From: Patellaria atrata CBS 101060
Taxonomy: Eukaryota
Reading direction: 5' to 3'
DNA: 64,000 nucleotides
Assembly (NCBI GenBank): GCA_010093705.1
Contig: MU006123.1
Span: forward strand, 1 to 64,000
Shown here: positions 1 through 13,848 of the stretch, in pieces
Layout of the letters: each line of letters opens with the position of its first letter
How positions within the stretch are numbered: position 1 is the first letter of the stretch
Program-made: the position numbers and the translations under genes
The notes under the pieces: generated by a model
Database searches by the model: none
Told to the model about the DNA's origin: nothing
The model's input: only the letters and a program-made list of their open reading frames with translations

Positions 1-1281
1 TTTTTAAATTTAATAATATAAATATTTATAAATATATTTTTATATATTATTAATTTAACTTTTTTTTATAAATTATATAAATTTAAATTAAATTATAATA
101 AATAATTTAATAATAAAATTTTATATAAATTTTAATTATAATTATAGTTTAAATATATTATTTAAAGTCTTTAATTATTATAATATTTATAATAATAAGA
201 ATTTTAATAAAATATATAAATATATTTTAAAATAATTTAATATTATTTATATATTAATAAAGATAAAATCTAATATTTTAAAAACTTTATAATAATTCTC
301 TTTTATAAATATATTAAAAAATATATTTTTAAAAATTAATAAAAAGTTTTTTTTTATTAATATAAAAGATATATTAATATATTAAATTTTAAATATATTA
401 AAAATATTTATATTTTAATAGTAAAAAGTAAATTATATTAAATAATTAAAGTATATATAATAAATAAAAAGATATATAAAATATTAAAATTTTATTCTTT
501 AAATAATAATTCTTAAAATTTTAATTAAAATAACTTTTATAATTATTAAAAATAATTAATTAATATACTTTTATTATATATATTTATATATATATTTATA
601 TATATATTAAAATACTTTAATTATTTAAGATTAAATATATTATTTATTTAATTATTTTTAAAGATTAAAATTTTCTAATTATATAATATATTTATCTTCT
701 TATATTATATAAAAATATAAATATCATCTTTATAAATAATAAAAAATAAAATTATATACTTTATAATATAAATATTTTAGATAATTATAATTTATTTTTA
801 ATTATTTAATTAAATAAAATTAAGTTTTATATATTTTTTTATATTTATAATAACTTTTATTAACTTAATTATATTTATTTAAAAGCTAATTTTATCGAAA
901 TTATAAATATTATTATTATAAATATTATATTTAATTTTTATTTCTTTAATAAACTTAAATTATATATTAATTATTTTAAAATCTTTTTAAAGTATTTTTT
1001 AATAATTTTTTATTTAATTAAAGATTATTTTTAATTTATTTAAATATATTATAAATTTTTTAAATTAATTTTTATTTATTTACTTTTTATCTTATATATT
1101 TAATAATTTATCTATTATATTTATTATTTTATATAATTAGAATATAAATTCTCGCGAATTAAAATTAAAAATATATTAGATAATTATTTATTATTTAATT
1201 ATAATAAATTTTTAATAATTAATTTAAATAAAAATTTAATTATATTTTTATTAAAATTTTTATAATTATATATTATATATA

Positions 1282-1895
1282 TATTATAGTTATAGAATAA
1301 AAAGATAATATTATTAGTAAAATAATAATATAAAATATTAGAATGGAATAATTAATATAAAAATTATATAATATAATTAATAGTTAACGGCGCTTAAAAG
1401 ATATTAAGTATAAAGTAAATTTAAGTAAATATAATCGATATTTAATAGTATTTAAGGAGTATTAAGTATAAAATAAACTTAAATAAATATAATCGATATT
1501 TAATAATATTTAAAGAGTATTAAATATAGAATAGATTAAATACTATTAAATTAAATTAAAAGAATTTAAATATTTAAAGATAATTTTTCTTTTATATATT
1601 TAAATTCTTTATAATTATTTTTATTATTAATTTTATCTATAAATTTAAATATTATAGTTTTAAATTTAACTTTATTTATTATATTATTTTTATATAATAT
1701 ATCTTATTTTATTATAAGTATTATTTAAAGTTAAGAAATTAATAAATTATATTAATAACTTAAAATATCTTTATTATATATATCTTATTATTTTATTAAA
1801 TTTATCTTTATAATTAATTATATTAAATAAGAAATTAAATATAGTTTTAAATTTATTTAGTTTTATCTTAATAAATATAGACTTTTATTATAATA
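1282..1895 (+). repeat. 5' LTR of Gypsy A (U3 variant A)
   Basis: Direct repeat of 13849-14462, same length; termini tattata...tataata (RIP form of TGT...ACA). Confidence 0.92.
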
Positions 1896-1941
1896 TTATA
1901 ATTATTATATAATAAGAAAGTGTATAATAAATCTAAATATA

Positions 1942-3982
1942 ATATCGTTAATTATAATTAATATAAAGATAGATAAAAAATATATCTAAATATTATATAA
2001 ATATATTAATAAACTTAAAAATAAAGAAATAATTTAAGAACTTAAAAATTAGTTTAAATAATTTATTATATAATTATTATTACTATAAAAGCGAATTATA
2101 AAAGTTAAAGAATCTACTTTATATAATAATAAATAAGATAAATTAAGAGAATTCTTAATCTAAATTAAAATTTATTAAAAAAAAATAAGATTAATAGATA
2201 ATAATAAATATATACTTAATATATTAATAGACTTTAAAGAAAACGCTTTAGAATAGTTTAAATCTATTATATAAAATTATTTTAAGAATAGTGAAAAATA
2301 TTAAAAAGATAAAATAATTAAAATTTTTAAATTATTTTTAAAATTTAAAGAAACGTTTAAAAATATCTTTAAAAAAGTCGATAAATAATAAATAATTAAA
2401 AGAAAGCTTTAAAAACTTAAATAAAAAGAATTAACTTCGAAATATATAATTATATTTTAATAAATAGTATTAATATTAAATTAACTTAATAAATTACTAA
2501 TAATCGTTTTCTATTAAAGTTTAAAGAAAAAAGTAAAAAACGAGTAAATTTATTATAAAAGACTAATAATTATATAGAATATAATAATCTTAATAATTAA
2601 AATAAATAATAGGTTATATAAATATAAATAAAAAAAGAAAGAATAGAAGAATATTATAATTAAATATAAAAAAAAGATAATAAAAGTTATAAATAAATAA
2701 AATTAAAAAGATTTAATAGACTTTAATTAATTATAATAAATAAAATAAAAGAAGTTAAAGAAATAATAATAATTTATTTAAAAAGAAAAAGAATATTTTA
2801 TAAATAAAGTATATTTATAATATAAAAAAGTGGAATATTTTAAGAAAGACTATTTATAGAAAATATAATTATTCTTATAATATAATTAATATATATAATT
2901 TAGAGTTATATATTTAATATTATTATTACTAGTTTTATCGTTAAAAGAGAAAGAGATTAAAGAAATATTATTACTTTATTAAATAAAAGTAAGTAGACTA
3001 TTAATATTATTTTTAATAGTAGAAAACTAATTAAAAAAGAAGATACTCTAATAATATTTAGATAATTAATAATATTAAATATATAGAAATATATATATAT
3101 ATATAGTATTAGAATATCTAGTATAGAATTAAGATTAAAGAATTAAAGTATAAATATTTAATAAATTAAACTTTATATACTAGATTATAAAATAATAATA
3201 ATAATTTAAATAAAAGTTTTAAGATTAGAAACTAATTAAACTTAAATCTAATATTAATATAATTGTTAAAAAATAATAATTAAACTTTATATTAAAAATA
3301 GAAGATTATTTAGCCTTTTAATAAATATAATATAAAAAGAATAACTATTTATATTATAAATAATAGAAAGTTATAATAAAGTTTAAAGACTAAAACTTTA
3401 TATATATATATTTATCTAAAGGTGAATACTAGATAAAAGGATATAAAACCTACGAAGATAAAATAAAAATACTTAAAAAAAACTAAAGACTTAAACTATT
3501 AATAAATAATTATAGAAAATATAATAGTTTTAATTATATAGATAAACTTAAATATAAACGATATTATTAAACACTAATTTATATAGAATATATAGTAATA
3601 ACGTGAGAAGATTATAAATATAGCACGGATTATTAATATTATAAAGATTTAGAAGAGAAGTTCTATAAAAAAAAAAAATTTTTATAGAAGATAAAAATAC
3701 TTTAAAATAATAAAGAAATACTTAAATATATTATTAAATATAATATATAAGACTTTAGATAATATAATAAGAGATATATAATATAACTATTATATAATAT
3801 AGAGATAGAGAGTAGGAATTAAGAATAACCTTAACTATAATATAATTATTAAGATAAAGTATTAAGAGCTCGAATATAAAGAATATTATAAAAGCCTATA
3901 TTATAATAAACACGATAAACTATACTAGACTAAATATATAGAATCTAGCTACCTAGTATATAGTTATATAAAAAACTATTAA
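1942..3982 (+). pseudogene. gag of Gypsy A (RIP-degraded, unusually long, about 2 kb)
   Basis: KVKESTLYNNK*DKLREFLI near 2101 (gag-like); degenerate CCHC knuckle near 2811-2852; ends at A AAA AAC TAT TAA 3970-3982. Start codon inferred from ATA; span is one base off a multiple of 3, so an indel is likely. Confidence 0.65.
3970..3976 (+). promoter_or_regulatory. -1 ribosomal frameshift slippery heptamer A AAA AAC at the gag/pol junction
   Basis: Heptamer in gag frame just before a stop; protease lies in the -1 frame (checked in copy C); same heptamer in C (29793-29799, minus) and RIP-altered aaaaaat in B near 33542. Confidence 0.7.
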
Positions 3983-4368
3983 GTTACTTAAGATAGAAAT
4001 AATTAAGAAGTATAACTTCTAAGTTTCTTAAAATCCTATAAAGTAATAATAGAACGTTTTAAGTAGACGTTACTATATATAATAAAAGAATAATAGCGCT
4101 AGTTAATAATAGTATTATCGATTTATTTATCTTATTCTAATAAATAAAAAAAGAAGAGTATATTTTATATAAAATTTAAGAATCTAATCCCGCTACGACT
4201 AGAAAATAATGAAGAAATAGAATATAAACGAGATTTAATTAACTTTAAAACTATATTAATAGAAGTTAATATATAAGGGAAGATAATTATTTAATATATC
4301 TTTATAACTAATCTAGGAGATATAAATATAATTCTAGAAATAGACTAATTATAAATAGTGAACCTAGA

Positions 4369-7300
4369 TATAAAATAGTAATAGTATATAAAATAAAGAA
4401 AAATATAGATTAAAGTATCTAATCTAGAGAAGATTAAAGAAGAATAGTATATATACTTAACTAAGTATTTAGTTAAATATAATATATTTCTTTTAATTTT
4501 AAGGAATCTTAAAGCTAATTATTATATATAGAATAAGATAGTTAACTACCCTCTAAACTATTATTTATTCTAATATTATATACAATTTATTATATACTTA
4601 GCCTTATTAAAACCTTAAAAACTTTATAGAAGAAAAATAAGATAAAAAAGTACTAATATAAATTTAAAACTATATTTTCAAAGTAGAGTATAATAATATA
4701 GATTAGCTATAAGATAAAGATATTTTAGTTAAATTTACTATTCTTCTTTTTAAAAGTATAGAGTATTAAGTATAAGGTATAAATAAATATAAGATATAAA
4801 GTATAAAATATCTCTTAATTATATAATATATAGGTCTAAGTGCTTTTTTATTATATATTAAGAAATAGTTATAATTTTAAGGTTTAAATAGCTAATTTAA
4901 GTAACTTAAATCTATATAAAGATTTTATTACTCTTTAAAAATCGAGTCTCTTTAAAGATTAAGAAATCTCTTTAAAGCTTAAATATATCGTTTATAGATA
5001 TCTTTATTAGTTATCTAATATTAGCTTACTTTAGACTCTTAAAATATATACTTATTAATAAAGAGAGAACTTAATAAAAATTATAATTTATAGAGAAGAC
5101 TTATAACTTTATATTTTTTACACGTGATTTTATAAAGGGAACTTAATAACTTTATATCTTTTAAATTAAATATCTATATCTTATTAAGACTTATAGTTTT
5201 TAAGATATTATTTATAAATTTTAAATAAAAAACTCTCTAAAATTAAGAAGGTTAATCTAAATAATAAAGCGTTATTTAAATAGTATTTTAATTAGACTAT
5301 TAATAGGTTAAATCTTTATAGCAATATATATTATATTAATATTCTTTTCTTATACTTCTTAACGTAGCTAGTAATAGTGCACGTCTATATAATAAAGAGT
5401 TATTTTAAGCTTAAATACTTTAATAATAAATAATCTAATTATTTACTAATTATTATAAAATAAGAGCTATTTATTATCTAAATAAAAGTTTAAAGATTTA
5501 AAGACTTTTTATTATTAAATAAGTTTTATATCTATAATAGATATAGCTATAAGTTTAGCCTTAATAGTTAATTTTATAATATAGTATTAAAGTGTTATCT
5601 TTTAATTAATTAGATCTTTAAAGAGAAAGAAGATATAATCTTATAAACTTTTTCGAGTCACTTAATAATCTATATAAAAGATATTAATTATATTAAAGAA
5701 ATTAAGTTCTTTATAATTCTAAATAAAGGCTATATCTATTATAATTAAGGTATTATAAACGAGTGATTTTAATTTTATATAGTAGAGATAGGCTAGAGTT
5801 TAGTATATAACGTTAATATAAGTTATTATAGGATTAGTTAAGAACTTAGTAAGTTTAGAGTATACTTTTAAGATATTTAATCTTATTACTTTAGCTATAT
5901 AGTTAATTAATCCGACTAATTAAACGTAATATAGATAGTTATTTTCGTTTTTAATTTTATTAAATGGAAGGAGCTCCTTTATCTATAATAACGTTTAAAG
6001 TGATTTTATAAATACTTTTAGAGATAGATATTTATAGTAAATCTTATCGATATAATCTCTTTAATTTAGCTAGATAGAGCTATTATCTCTATTTCTATAT
6101 ATAGTTATATTATAAAAGGTCTTAAGATCTCCTAATAAGTAGATTTTATAGCGTTAAAAAGACTTCCTCTTAAATAAGTTAAGATAAGTAGAGTGGCCTA
6201 GTTTTACTAAAACTACGATATTATCTATATAGAAGAAGATAATAAGTTTATTATCTATCTAAAAGTAAGAAGTATTAAGGACTAGTTTAAAACTAAATTT
6301 ATTTAAGATCTATATAAGATTTTTATACTAAAGAATTAGTGAAATCTTAAGACTATAGAATATATAATATAGTTTCTAAAGATATTACTTATTATTAAAT
6401 TCTTTAAATAGATAATAATAGATAGCTATATTAAGATCTATATTTATAAATATATTAACTATATTATACTACCTAATATCGAGATTAAAGTAGACGGTAA
6501 TAGCTATAAAAAAGCGGAATATCTTAATTACTAGAATAATAGTATAAGTATCTTTAGTAATAGTTTAAAGATCTTCTTATATATAAATTTAAGCTTTATA
6601 CTTAAGAAGATAATCTTTATTATTAAATTTATACTTAAATATCTATAATAGTAGTAAAATCTTATATTTAATAGAGTTAAAATCTTTTTATAAAATTTCT
6701 TTATAAATATCTTTTCTTTTAATAGTTTAAAGTTCTCGAAGAGTGACTATAATAAATCTTTACTTATATAGTTTTATTATTACTTAAATATCTAACTAGT
6801 ATTAAGGTTTAGATAGAAGTTAAGAATAATAGAAGCGATACTTATTATTATTAGTTAAAGATACTATAAAGATAGATTAATAATAGTTAATTACGTAAGA
6901 TTATTTTTAAGATTTAATTCTAGCTCTCTTTAATCCTTTAAAAAGAATATTTAATATACGAAATTAAGTATTAATAATATCTTTATTAATAATAATATTA
7001 GAGCGTTTTCTTTTACTAGATAATTAAGAAGATTAAATAGGTTATTTTAATAAAGTATCTTTTATAATCGTTTAAAAACTAGTTATACTACTTATATTTA
7101 AGATACTAAATAATAGCGGTTAAGACGAATTATCTAATCTAGAAGTAGAATAGTTATTATAATAGATAAAAGTTATTATAAAATCTTACTATTTCTTATA
7201 TTTTAGAGATAAAGTAAAATTAGTAATATCTTTATTCTTAAAAGAGCTTTTAACTTTAAATTCTAGTATTTTAATATTACGAATTATCTTCTTAAATAAT

Positions 7301-10099
7301 TAATTTTAAAGTAAATTATTAGGCTAATCTTTATAAAAAGAATTTTCTTTAAAGAATATATTATAAAAGCGAATTACTTTCCCTTAATAATTCTTATTTA
7401 AGGCTTTAGAGATTTAAATATAGAAAATATTTATTAAATTATATCTAACTAGATAGTTAATATAAATTTAAAATAAAAGCTTATTAAATCTTAATATTAT
7501 ATTCCTTAGAGAAAATACTTTATATCTAAATATATAAAGATATACTAGTAAGGGTTTCTTATTATATACTTTCTTAAATAAAGTATCTTATTATAATAAT
7601 TTATTTAGAGTTCGATTAAGTAAATAACTAGCTATAATATAAATCTTTAAAGTAAAATAGATAGGTAATTTTATAGTAACTATTATTAATTTTAAGCGTT
7701 TAATAAGAGTTTTACTAAATCTTTTTATAGAATTATTTTATTCTAGTATATATAACGCGTAGACTTAAATCTAAATTCCTTCTTTATAGTAATAAGCGAT
7801 TATTAAATCCTTTATTATAAAGCTATACTCTCTCTCTTTATCTATAAGGAGAAAAGTGTATATAATATTAAATTCTCGCTTAAATCTATAGTTTAAAACT
7901 TTAAGTATCTTTAGAAAAATTTCCTTTTCTCGATTAAGAATTAAAAAGATAAAGTTAAACTTAATAATAAGATAATAACTATAAAAGATATATTTATATC
8001 TATTATATTCTATTATATCTAACTTAATAATATTAATAGTAATTAATTTAAATAATTTTATAACACTATATTCTCTTTTAAGTTATTTTAAAATAATATA
8101 ATAAACTTTATTAACTAGATATTATTTATAATAGAATTTTATTAATATTTCTTTAATAATCTTAGCGATACTAATAATTTTAGAACTAAGATAGTTAATT
8201 ACTTCTTTATTAGGATACTTTATAAGAAGATAAGCTTTAGTGATAATAAACTAATATAATTTACGGAAGTTTATAGAGAAACGGTGTTAATTAGAGAAAG
8301 TAAATATTTAGAATAGTCTATAAAATTTTATAAAAGGCGGAGATATTTTAGTTCTATATAAAATAAGCTAATAACCTTTAATTTAAATTAATAAAGTAAT
8401 AATCTCTTTAATTAGGCCTTTTTTATAGAGAGTATTATTTCTAGAGTTAAAATAGATCTTAATAAAGTTAAGCTAATATAGCGAGACTAATAAAATAAAG
8501 AATAGTAGTATTAAGGCGATATATTTAAAAGTAGCCTTTTTAATTCTATTAGAAATTAAGAATAGAATAATTATTTCTTCTTATATTTATATCTATATTT
8601 TTTACCCTTTAGCTAATATTATATTATTATTAGCTACTAATACTTTCTAGTGGAATTTTATAGAGTTATTATAGATATAGATATTTAAAGTAAAGTTAAA
8701 AGTTTAAGAATAAAATAATAGATATTATTAAATAGAGTTTTAATTAAAATTCGACGAATAAATAGTAAAAAATCTATTATATAAGAAAGAATAAAAGCTT
8801 AAATTAACTTTTAATAGATCTAAATTATATACTTTATATTAGATAATTCTAGATTTTTTACTATATTCTCTATTTTTAGTTTATATTTTATTAAAGATTC
8901 CTTTCTTATCTTTAACTTTAAATTTAGTAATTTTCTTAGCTTTTTTAAGATTTTTAATAAATCCTCTTTCTCTAATACTTAAGTTAATATAAGGATATTT
9001 ACTTTAAATATTATTATAACTATCTTTATCTTTAACTAGATAGAGCTTAATTAATTTCTTTTCCCTAAACTTTCTTTTTTTATTATATAGAGAATCCTCT
9101 TTATTAAAAGTTATAAAGATACTTTTATAAATATTAGCTTTCTTTATATATATAGCTCGATAATATTAGAGAAACTTATTAATAAAATAATTAATTATAT
9201 ATTTAAAATTAATTTAAGTAGTAATATTTTAATAATAAGTTTTAATAAAGGTTTCTTAAACTTTAAAGATTCTAATTTCTATAAAAGTAATAAATAATAG
9301 GTTTAAGATACTTAAAAACTCTTATAAAATCTTTTTAAGTATAATATTTAGAGATATCTAGTAAATTTAAGCTTTTTACCTTAATATATATATTTACGAA
9401 GTAATAGCACTAATCTTTAATATTATAATAATATAGATTAAAGAGTTTCTCTTTATTATATTATTATATAATAAGGTCCTTTTAATTTACTTAAATAAAA
9501 GTAAATCGATTATAGAAGTATTTAAGAAGTTTATAAACTAATATAATAATTTTAAAGATAAATAAAAAGGCCTTATCCACTATTTTAATAATATATACTT
9601 TAATAAGACTAAATTTCTTTTATTTATATTTAAATTATTTAAGAGAATATTTATACTAATTAAATATATTTAAGAATAATTCTTTTTTAATAGTAAGTAT
9701 TCTATTCTTAGTATATTTAATAAGTATAATTAGTTTCTATAATAGTTTATAAGTCTTTTTTAGGTTAATAAGATTTTAAAGATTATAAGACTTAATTATA
9801 CTTTTAATTATAAAGATTTAAGGAAGTTAGTTATTTATATTATAAAAAGTAACTTCTTCTAAGATTATCTTAGAATAGGTAAATATAATAGAAATAGAAG
9901 ATAATAGATAAATTAAAGATAATTAATAAATAATTAAATAAGAAATAATTTTAATAAAATATAAATTATATTAGGCTTATAATTATAAGATAGTAATAAT
10001 ATATAAAATAAATAAAAATATAAATTAAAATATTTAATTTAGAGGAAATTAAAGAAAGATAGTATATATACTTAATTAAATACTTAATTAGATATAATA
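4369..10099 (-). mobile_element. Ty1/Copia LTR retrotransposon (RIP-inactivated) nested in pol of Gypsy A
   Basis: 116-bp LTRs 4369-4484 and 9984-10099; TSD ctaga/ttaga; minus-strand motifs SYLLNRTL (integrase YLLNRTP, about 7605-7630), YKA*IYI*EDL (YKARICVRGDL, about 6570-6600) and FFYIDNIVV (YVDD, about 6212-6238), in Copia order INT then RT; host sequence rejoins exactly when it is removed (compare 33925-33960). Confidence 0.92.
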
Positions 10100-13000
10100 T
10101 TAGATATTAATTAAAAGATAAAAAGTATTTAAATTAATTAAAATACTTTATAAAAGGATAAAGTTAAGTGAATAAGATATATTAAGTAAATAGATATTAA
10201 TATATTTATAGAATATATTTTATACTATAAGATAATAAAGATTTATAGAAATAAATTTAAAAGTATAGAAATAGTATAATTTAGAAAAGTAAACGTTAAG
10301 AAGATTTCCGAAGAATTTAAAATACTCGAAAAGTATAATAAGTTTAAAGATTTATTTAAGAAAGATATAACGACTATACTTCTAGATTATTAGATATAAA
10401 ATTATAAAATAATATTAAAAGAAAGTACGAAGCTATAATCTAGCCTAATTTACCTATTAATAAGAAAATAATATAAAGTATTTAAAGAATATATCTATAT
10501 TAACTTAGAAAAGAAATATATATAATCTAACGAAAGTTTAATAGCTTCACCGATTCTATTTATACTAAAAAAGAATAGTAAGCTAAAATTATATATTAAT
10601 TATAAATAATTAAACGACATTATAGTTAAGAATAGATATTTATTACTCTTAATTTTAGAAATTTAAGATAAATTATAAAGAGTAAAATAATTTACGAAAT
10701 TTAATATCTAAGAAAGTTACTATCGAATTAGAATAAAAGAAAACGAAGAATAGAAAATAACTATAAAAATAAGATTTAAACTATATAAATATATAATAAT
10801 ATTATTTAGTTTAATTAACGTTTTAGTAATATTCTAAATAATAATTAATTATATATTAAGAGAATATTTAGACATATTTATAACTATTTATCTAGATAAT
10901 ATACTAGTATATATAAATAGAATATTTAAAGAGTATAGAAAGTATATAAAGAAAGTATTAATAAAACTATAAGAGAAAAGACTTTTAATATATCTAAATA
11001 AATATAAATTCTATATTAAAGAAATAGAATTCTTAGACTTTATTATTACTATTAAAGATATATAAATAGACTTAAAGAAAATAGCCGTAATTAAAGACTA
11101 GCCCACTTTAAAGAGTATAAAAGATATATAATCGTTTTTAAACTTTATAAACTATTATAAAAAGTTTATCTAGAGGTATTTAAAAGTAATAATACCGCTA
11201 TTAGAATTAATAAAGAAGGAAAATATCTTTAATTAAATAAAGAAGATATAGAAAGTATTTAATAAATTTAAGAAAAAATTTATTATAATACTTATCTTAG
11301 TTATATTTAATCTAGAGAAATTAATAGTACTAAAAACTAATATATCTAATTATATATTAAGTATATATATAAGTTAGCTAAACGAGAAAAGACGATTATA
11401 TTCGATAGCCTTTTATTTATAAAAGTTTACGGCTATAAAGCTAAACTATAATATATACGATAAAGAGCTATTAACGATTATCGATATATTCGAATAATAG
11501 AGATTATATCTTAAAGGACCTAAGTATATTATAAAAGTTTAATTAAATTATTAAAACCTAATAAACTTTCTTATAATAAAGAAGTTAAATTAAAGATAAA
11601 TAAAGTAAATAGAAACACTCGTATCTTTTAATTTTAAAATATTCTATAAACTAGAAGTTAAAAATAAATTAACTAATATTATAAATAGAAGATCCAATTA
11701 TCTAGAAAGAATAAAACCGATATATAATATAATATTAAAGAAAGAAAATAACGCGATCACCTATAACTAATTAAAATTAGCCGTAATACTTATAATCGAA
11801 TCTACGAGAGAGTAATAAATTCGCGACGCCTATTAAAAAGATAGTATAATAGAAGAGTTTCGAAAGGGTAATAATTTTAGAGTAATAAAAATAGCTTAAA
11901 AAATATAGCTATATAATAGACTTATATATATATTAACGATACTATAAAAGACTTTTACTAGAGAAATCTATAAAGTACTAGTATATAGTCACTAAAGTAT
12001 TAATAAAATTTTAGAAAAGATTCTAAGAAATTACTATTTTCTAGAGATAAGAAATATAGTAAAATAAATTATCTTAAAATATAATAATTACGCACGAAAT
12101 AAGAGTATAAAATATATATCTTACGAATAAATATAATATATTAAGCTATTAAAGCGAGTATAGAACTTAATAATAATAAACTTTATTATAGATTTACTAG
12201 AATCTAAAGATCTAGCGATAAAAGTAAAGTATAATATAATATTAATTATTATAGAACGATTAATAAAATTCACTTACTTTATACTAATAAAGATAATAAT
12301 AATAATATTATAAGTAATAATATTAGTGATAAAAATAATACTAATAAATCACTAAATATCGAAAGAGATTATCTTAGATAGAGATAAGCTATTTAAATTA
12401 ACGTTTTAATAAACTTTAATATAAAGTTTAAGGGTAAATTATAAGTTATTAATAAGCTTTTATCTATAAATAAATAGCTAAATTAAGAGAATAAATTAAT
12501 CTCTAAAATAATATTTACGTAATTATATAAATTACTAGTAAAATAATTAGATAGAGCTACTACTAATAATATAATTCGTATATAATAACGCGAAATTCGA
12601 TATTATAAAGATTTCACTCTTTTATATAAACTATAGTTTCGAATTAGGAGTATATCGTGAGTCGAGAGTAGTTTAAAGTATTTTATAAGAAGTAATATTA
12701 AAAGTTAAGTAAATTAAGGAATTATATATATAGCTATCGCGAGATATAACTTTCTAGATAATAAAGGTTATAAAGTATAGTAATTAATATAAGTCGTTAA
12801 AATCGATCTTTAAAAAGGGAAATAAAGTTTACTTATTATAGAAAAATCTTAAGATAAAATAACTTAATAAGAAACTAGATTATAAAAAAATTAAACTCTT
12901 TAGAATTAAATAAGTTAAAGGGAAAATTAATTATAAGTTAGAATTACTTAAAAGAATAAGAATATATCTAGTTTTTTATATATTACTACTAAAACTAATA

Positions 13001-13166
13001 TATATTAATACTAAACTTTAAATATAATCTATAGAATTAAAAGAAGAAAATATATATAAAGTAGAATATATTTTAAATCTATAATAAATAAATAGTTAAT
13101 AGAAGTATTTAGTAAAATAGAAAGACTATAAATATATAAATAATATATAGAAACTATTTAAGTATT

Positions 13167-13727
13167 TTATAAACTATTATTAAGGTCTTAAATAGTTTTA
13201 TCGCTAAAATTAAGGATTTTTAAATCCTCGAAAGTAGAGAAATCTAATCTAAACTAGTTAGAAAGAGATACCGCGGAAGAAGAAATAAAGATATCCGAAG
13301 AAGCTAGTTATCTTTTAACTTTTCACTTTAAAGTCTTTAATTTATTATAAGATATAATCTTATAAAAAGCTATATTCCACTTTTTATATTTAAATAGCTA
13401 AAGCTATTTCGTTAAACACTTTTTACGAGTAAAAGTAGCGTAAACGCGAGTATAAATCTTATTATAAGCCTAATAAATTTTAGATAGACGAAGGCGAAAT
13501 ATAGCTTTTTATAATTTAAGACGATTCTACTTAACCTTAATTATTATAAGATTACACTTACGACCCGTAAATAAATATTCACTATAATAACTAGTTTTTA
13601 AATTAATATAATAGACGAAATCGCGAGAACGATAATTAGAGTAAAAGGTTAGTATTAAAGAACTAAAGAAAAGGACTCGCGCGGAATAATAATAACGATA
13701 AACTATTAAACTTTTAGCTTTTAGCAT
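13167..13727 (-). pseudogene. Antisense accessory ORF of Gypsy A: Zn2Cys6-like cluster plus coiled coil (187 codons, RIP stops)
   Basis: Intact ATG; YSNY-RSRDFV-Y-YINLKTSY-YSEY-LFTGRK-C gives C-x2-C-x6-C-x8-C-x2-C-x6-C if TAY derives from TGY; all internal stops explicable by C>T/G>A; no frameshift. Confidence 0.8.
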
Positions 13728-13848
13728 TTTTAGGAAAAAAAGGGTCGAAAAAAGCTTATAATATAATAAAAGTAATAGGACTAAACTTTATAATAAAAAA
13801 GTAACGATATAATATTTTCGAGACGAAAGCTATAAGAGAGGGAGATAC

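Noticed and set aside
1..1281. Possible DDE transposase relic (ILDNYN near 774 resembling ILDGH)
   Set aside because: Too degraded; I found no second motif or terminus, so it is left unassigned.
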